Assembly: GCA_030018475.1 (NCBI GenBank) | Contig: JASEFT010000004.1 | Coordinates: forward strand, 1-46,559 | Direction: 5' to 3' | Source of the DNA: Thermoplasmatota archaeon | GTDB taxonomy: Archaea > Thermoplasmatota > JASEFT01 | DNA: 46,559 nucleotides | Shown: positions 45,847 through 46,559 of the stretch, in pieces | Layout of the letters: the number at the start of each line of letters is the position of its first letter | How positions within the stretch are numbered: position 1 is the first letter of the stretch | Made by a program: the position numbers and the translations under genes | Notes under the pieces: generated by a model | What the model was told of the DNA's origin: nothing | The model's database searches: none | What the model saw: the letters and a program-made list of their open reading frames with translations, nothing else

Positions 45847-46380
45847 ATGAGCAACGAAAATCGACTTTCAATTCCAAAACTGCTCTTCTATTTAATATGC
45901 CTTATTTGGCTCCTGCTCCAGATTGTAGCACCGCTAACGCTCAAGTCGGGCTCTTTAAATTTAGGCGAAGAAGGTAGAGTAGGAACTCGCGAATATGAGG
46001 GAGTTTATGAAAATTTTAATCCAGTTGCAAAATTTATGTACTCTAGTGGCGACACTCTATGCCATCAGAAAGCCAGCAGGTCTTTCTTTATTAATGGAAA
46101 TCAATTGCCGTACTGCGCAAGATGTACTGGGATATTCTTAGGCGTTCTGCTAGGCTCTTGCATTGGAATATTGCTGACCGTCGAGCTCAAATGGTATTGG
46201 GTTGTACTAGGCCTTTTGCCAATAAGTATAGATGGGACAGGCCAATTGTTTAATTTATGGCAAAGCTTTAATTTGATAAGACTTATTACTGGCATTGCTA
46301 TTGGTATAGTAGCAGGCTTGGCTGTATGCATGCTAATCCAAGAACTTTCAGGTAAAAGAAAAAATGATAGCTTTGGATAA
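45847..46380 (+). CDS. DUF2085-family membrane protein
   Basis: CHQKASRSF...QLPYCARCTGIFLG motif, TM helices. ATG at 45847, directly after the upstream stop, is preferred. Confidence 0.6.
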   Translation: MSNENRLSIPKLLFYLICLIWLLLQIVAPLTLKSGSLNLGEEGRVGTREYEGVYENFNPVAKFMYSSGDTLCHQKASRSFFINGNQLPYCARCTGIFLGVLLGSCIGILLTVELKWYWVVLGLLPISIDGTGQLFNLWQSFNLIRLITGIAIGIVAGLAVCMLIQELSGKRKNDSFG

Positions 46381-46498
46381 GAAAGAGCGTAGGATATTAA
46401 GGGTACTCCAAGAGAACTGCAGAAAAATCAACCAAGCAAATGGCCTAGAGATTTGGTGTGCGGAACATTCCGTGTTGGTGAAATTTTCTGATTTTTAG
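46364..46498 (+). CDS. 44-aa Lrp/AsnC-type HTH-only ORF (possibly a truncated regulator)
   Basis: Hand translation gives MIALDKKERRILRVLQENCRKINQANGLEIWCAEHSVLVKFSDF*. LD..(D/E)R.IL..LQEN is the Lrp/AsnC N-terminal signature. No ligand-binding domain follows. Confidence 0.3.
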   Translation: MIALDKKERRILRVLQENCRKINQANGLEIWCAEHSVLVKFSDF

Positions 46499-46559
46499 AG
46501 CCTTAAAACCGAATGAGTAGTCTGTTGAGTGTTTTTGCATTGTTCTATAATTTCACGCC

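Overview
AT-rich archaeal chromosomal segment, mostly housekeeping genes. Lineage markers are the thermosome, the exosome/proteasome/RNase P superoperon, RpoP, L37Ae, an archaeal-type 16S rRNA and BHB introns. Left to right: M18 aminopeptidase; hisF, guaA subunit B and a PurF-like gene. Then, on the minus strand, the conserved superoperon pop5-psmA-sdo1-rrp4-rrp41-rrp42-rpl37ae-rpoP-pcc1. Next come a thioredoxin-like/FN3 surface protein, a molybdenum cofactor cluster (moaE-moaC-moaB-moeA), a rhomboid protease and a secreted LTD-PLD protein. A tRNA-Ile(GAU)/tRNA-Ala(UGC) pair follows, then mutL-mutS, yjbQ, MBL and NUDIX hydrolases, an M29 aminopeptidase, and mevalonate kinase with a UbiD-family decarboxylase. 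After cutA, mptE and a DUF373 gene lies a stand-alone 16S rRNA gene. The rest holds a PIN/UPF0175 toxin-antitoxin pair, an ABC-2 transporter, a heat-shock supercluster (thermosome, grpE-dnaK-dnaJ, hsp20), and small kinase, GNAT and membrane genes. The unusual content is in RNA and non-coding sequence. (1) Both tRNA genes carry two introns each (37/38 and 59/60) with recognisable bulge-helix-bulge motifs and long, hairpin-dense intron bodies. (2) The 16S gene carries a 99-nt mini-intron with a clean BHB in the 790 loop (GGATTAGAT^ACCC), plus a second ~50-nt insertion near GGAAT^CCGTAGTAATCG. (3) A family of AGCC-[polypyrimidine]-loop-[polypurine] hairpins occurs in the 16S intron, in a tRNA-Ile intron, twice (inverted) in the tRNA spacer and once upstream of a kinase gene. 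In the three intergenic copies the hairpin is followed by a third tract that is a perfect 14-nt mirror repeat of the adjacent stem strand. The tract sequence differs between copies but all three strands co-vary. That is the design of an intramolecular triple helix, and I consider it the most interesting signal in the window. No CRISPR array, transposase or recognisable defence island was seen.
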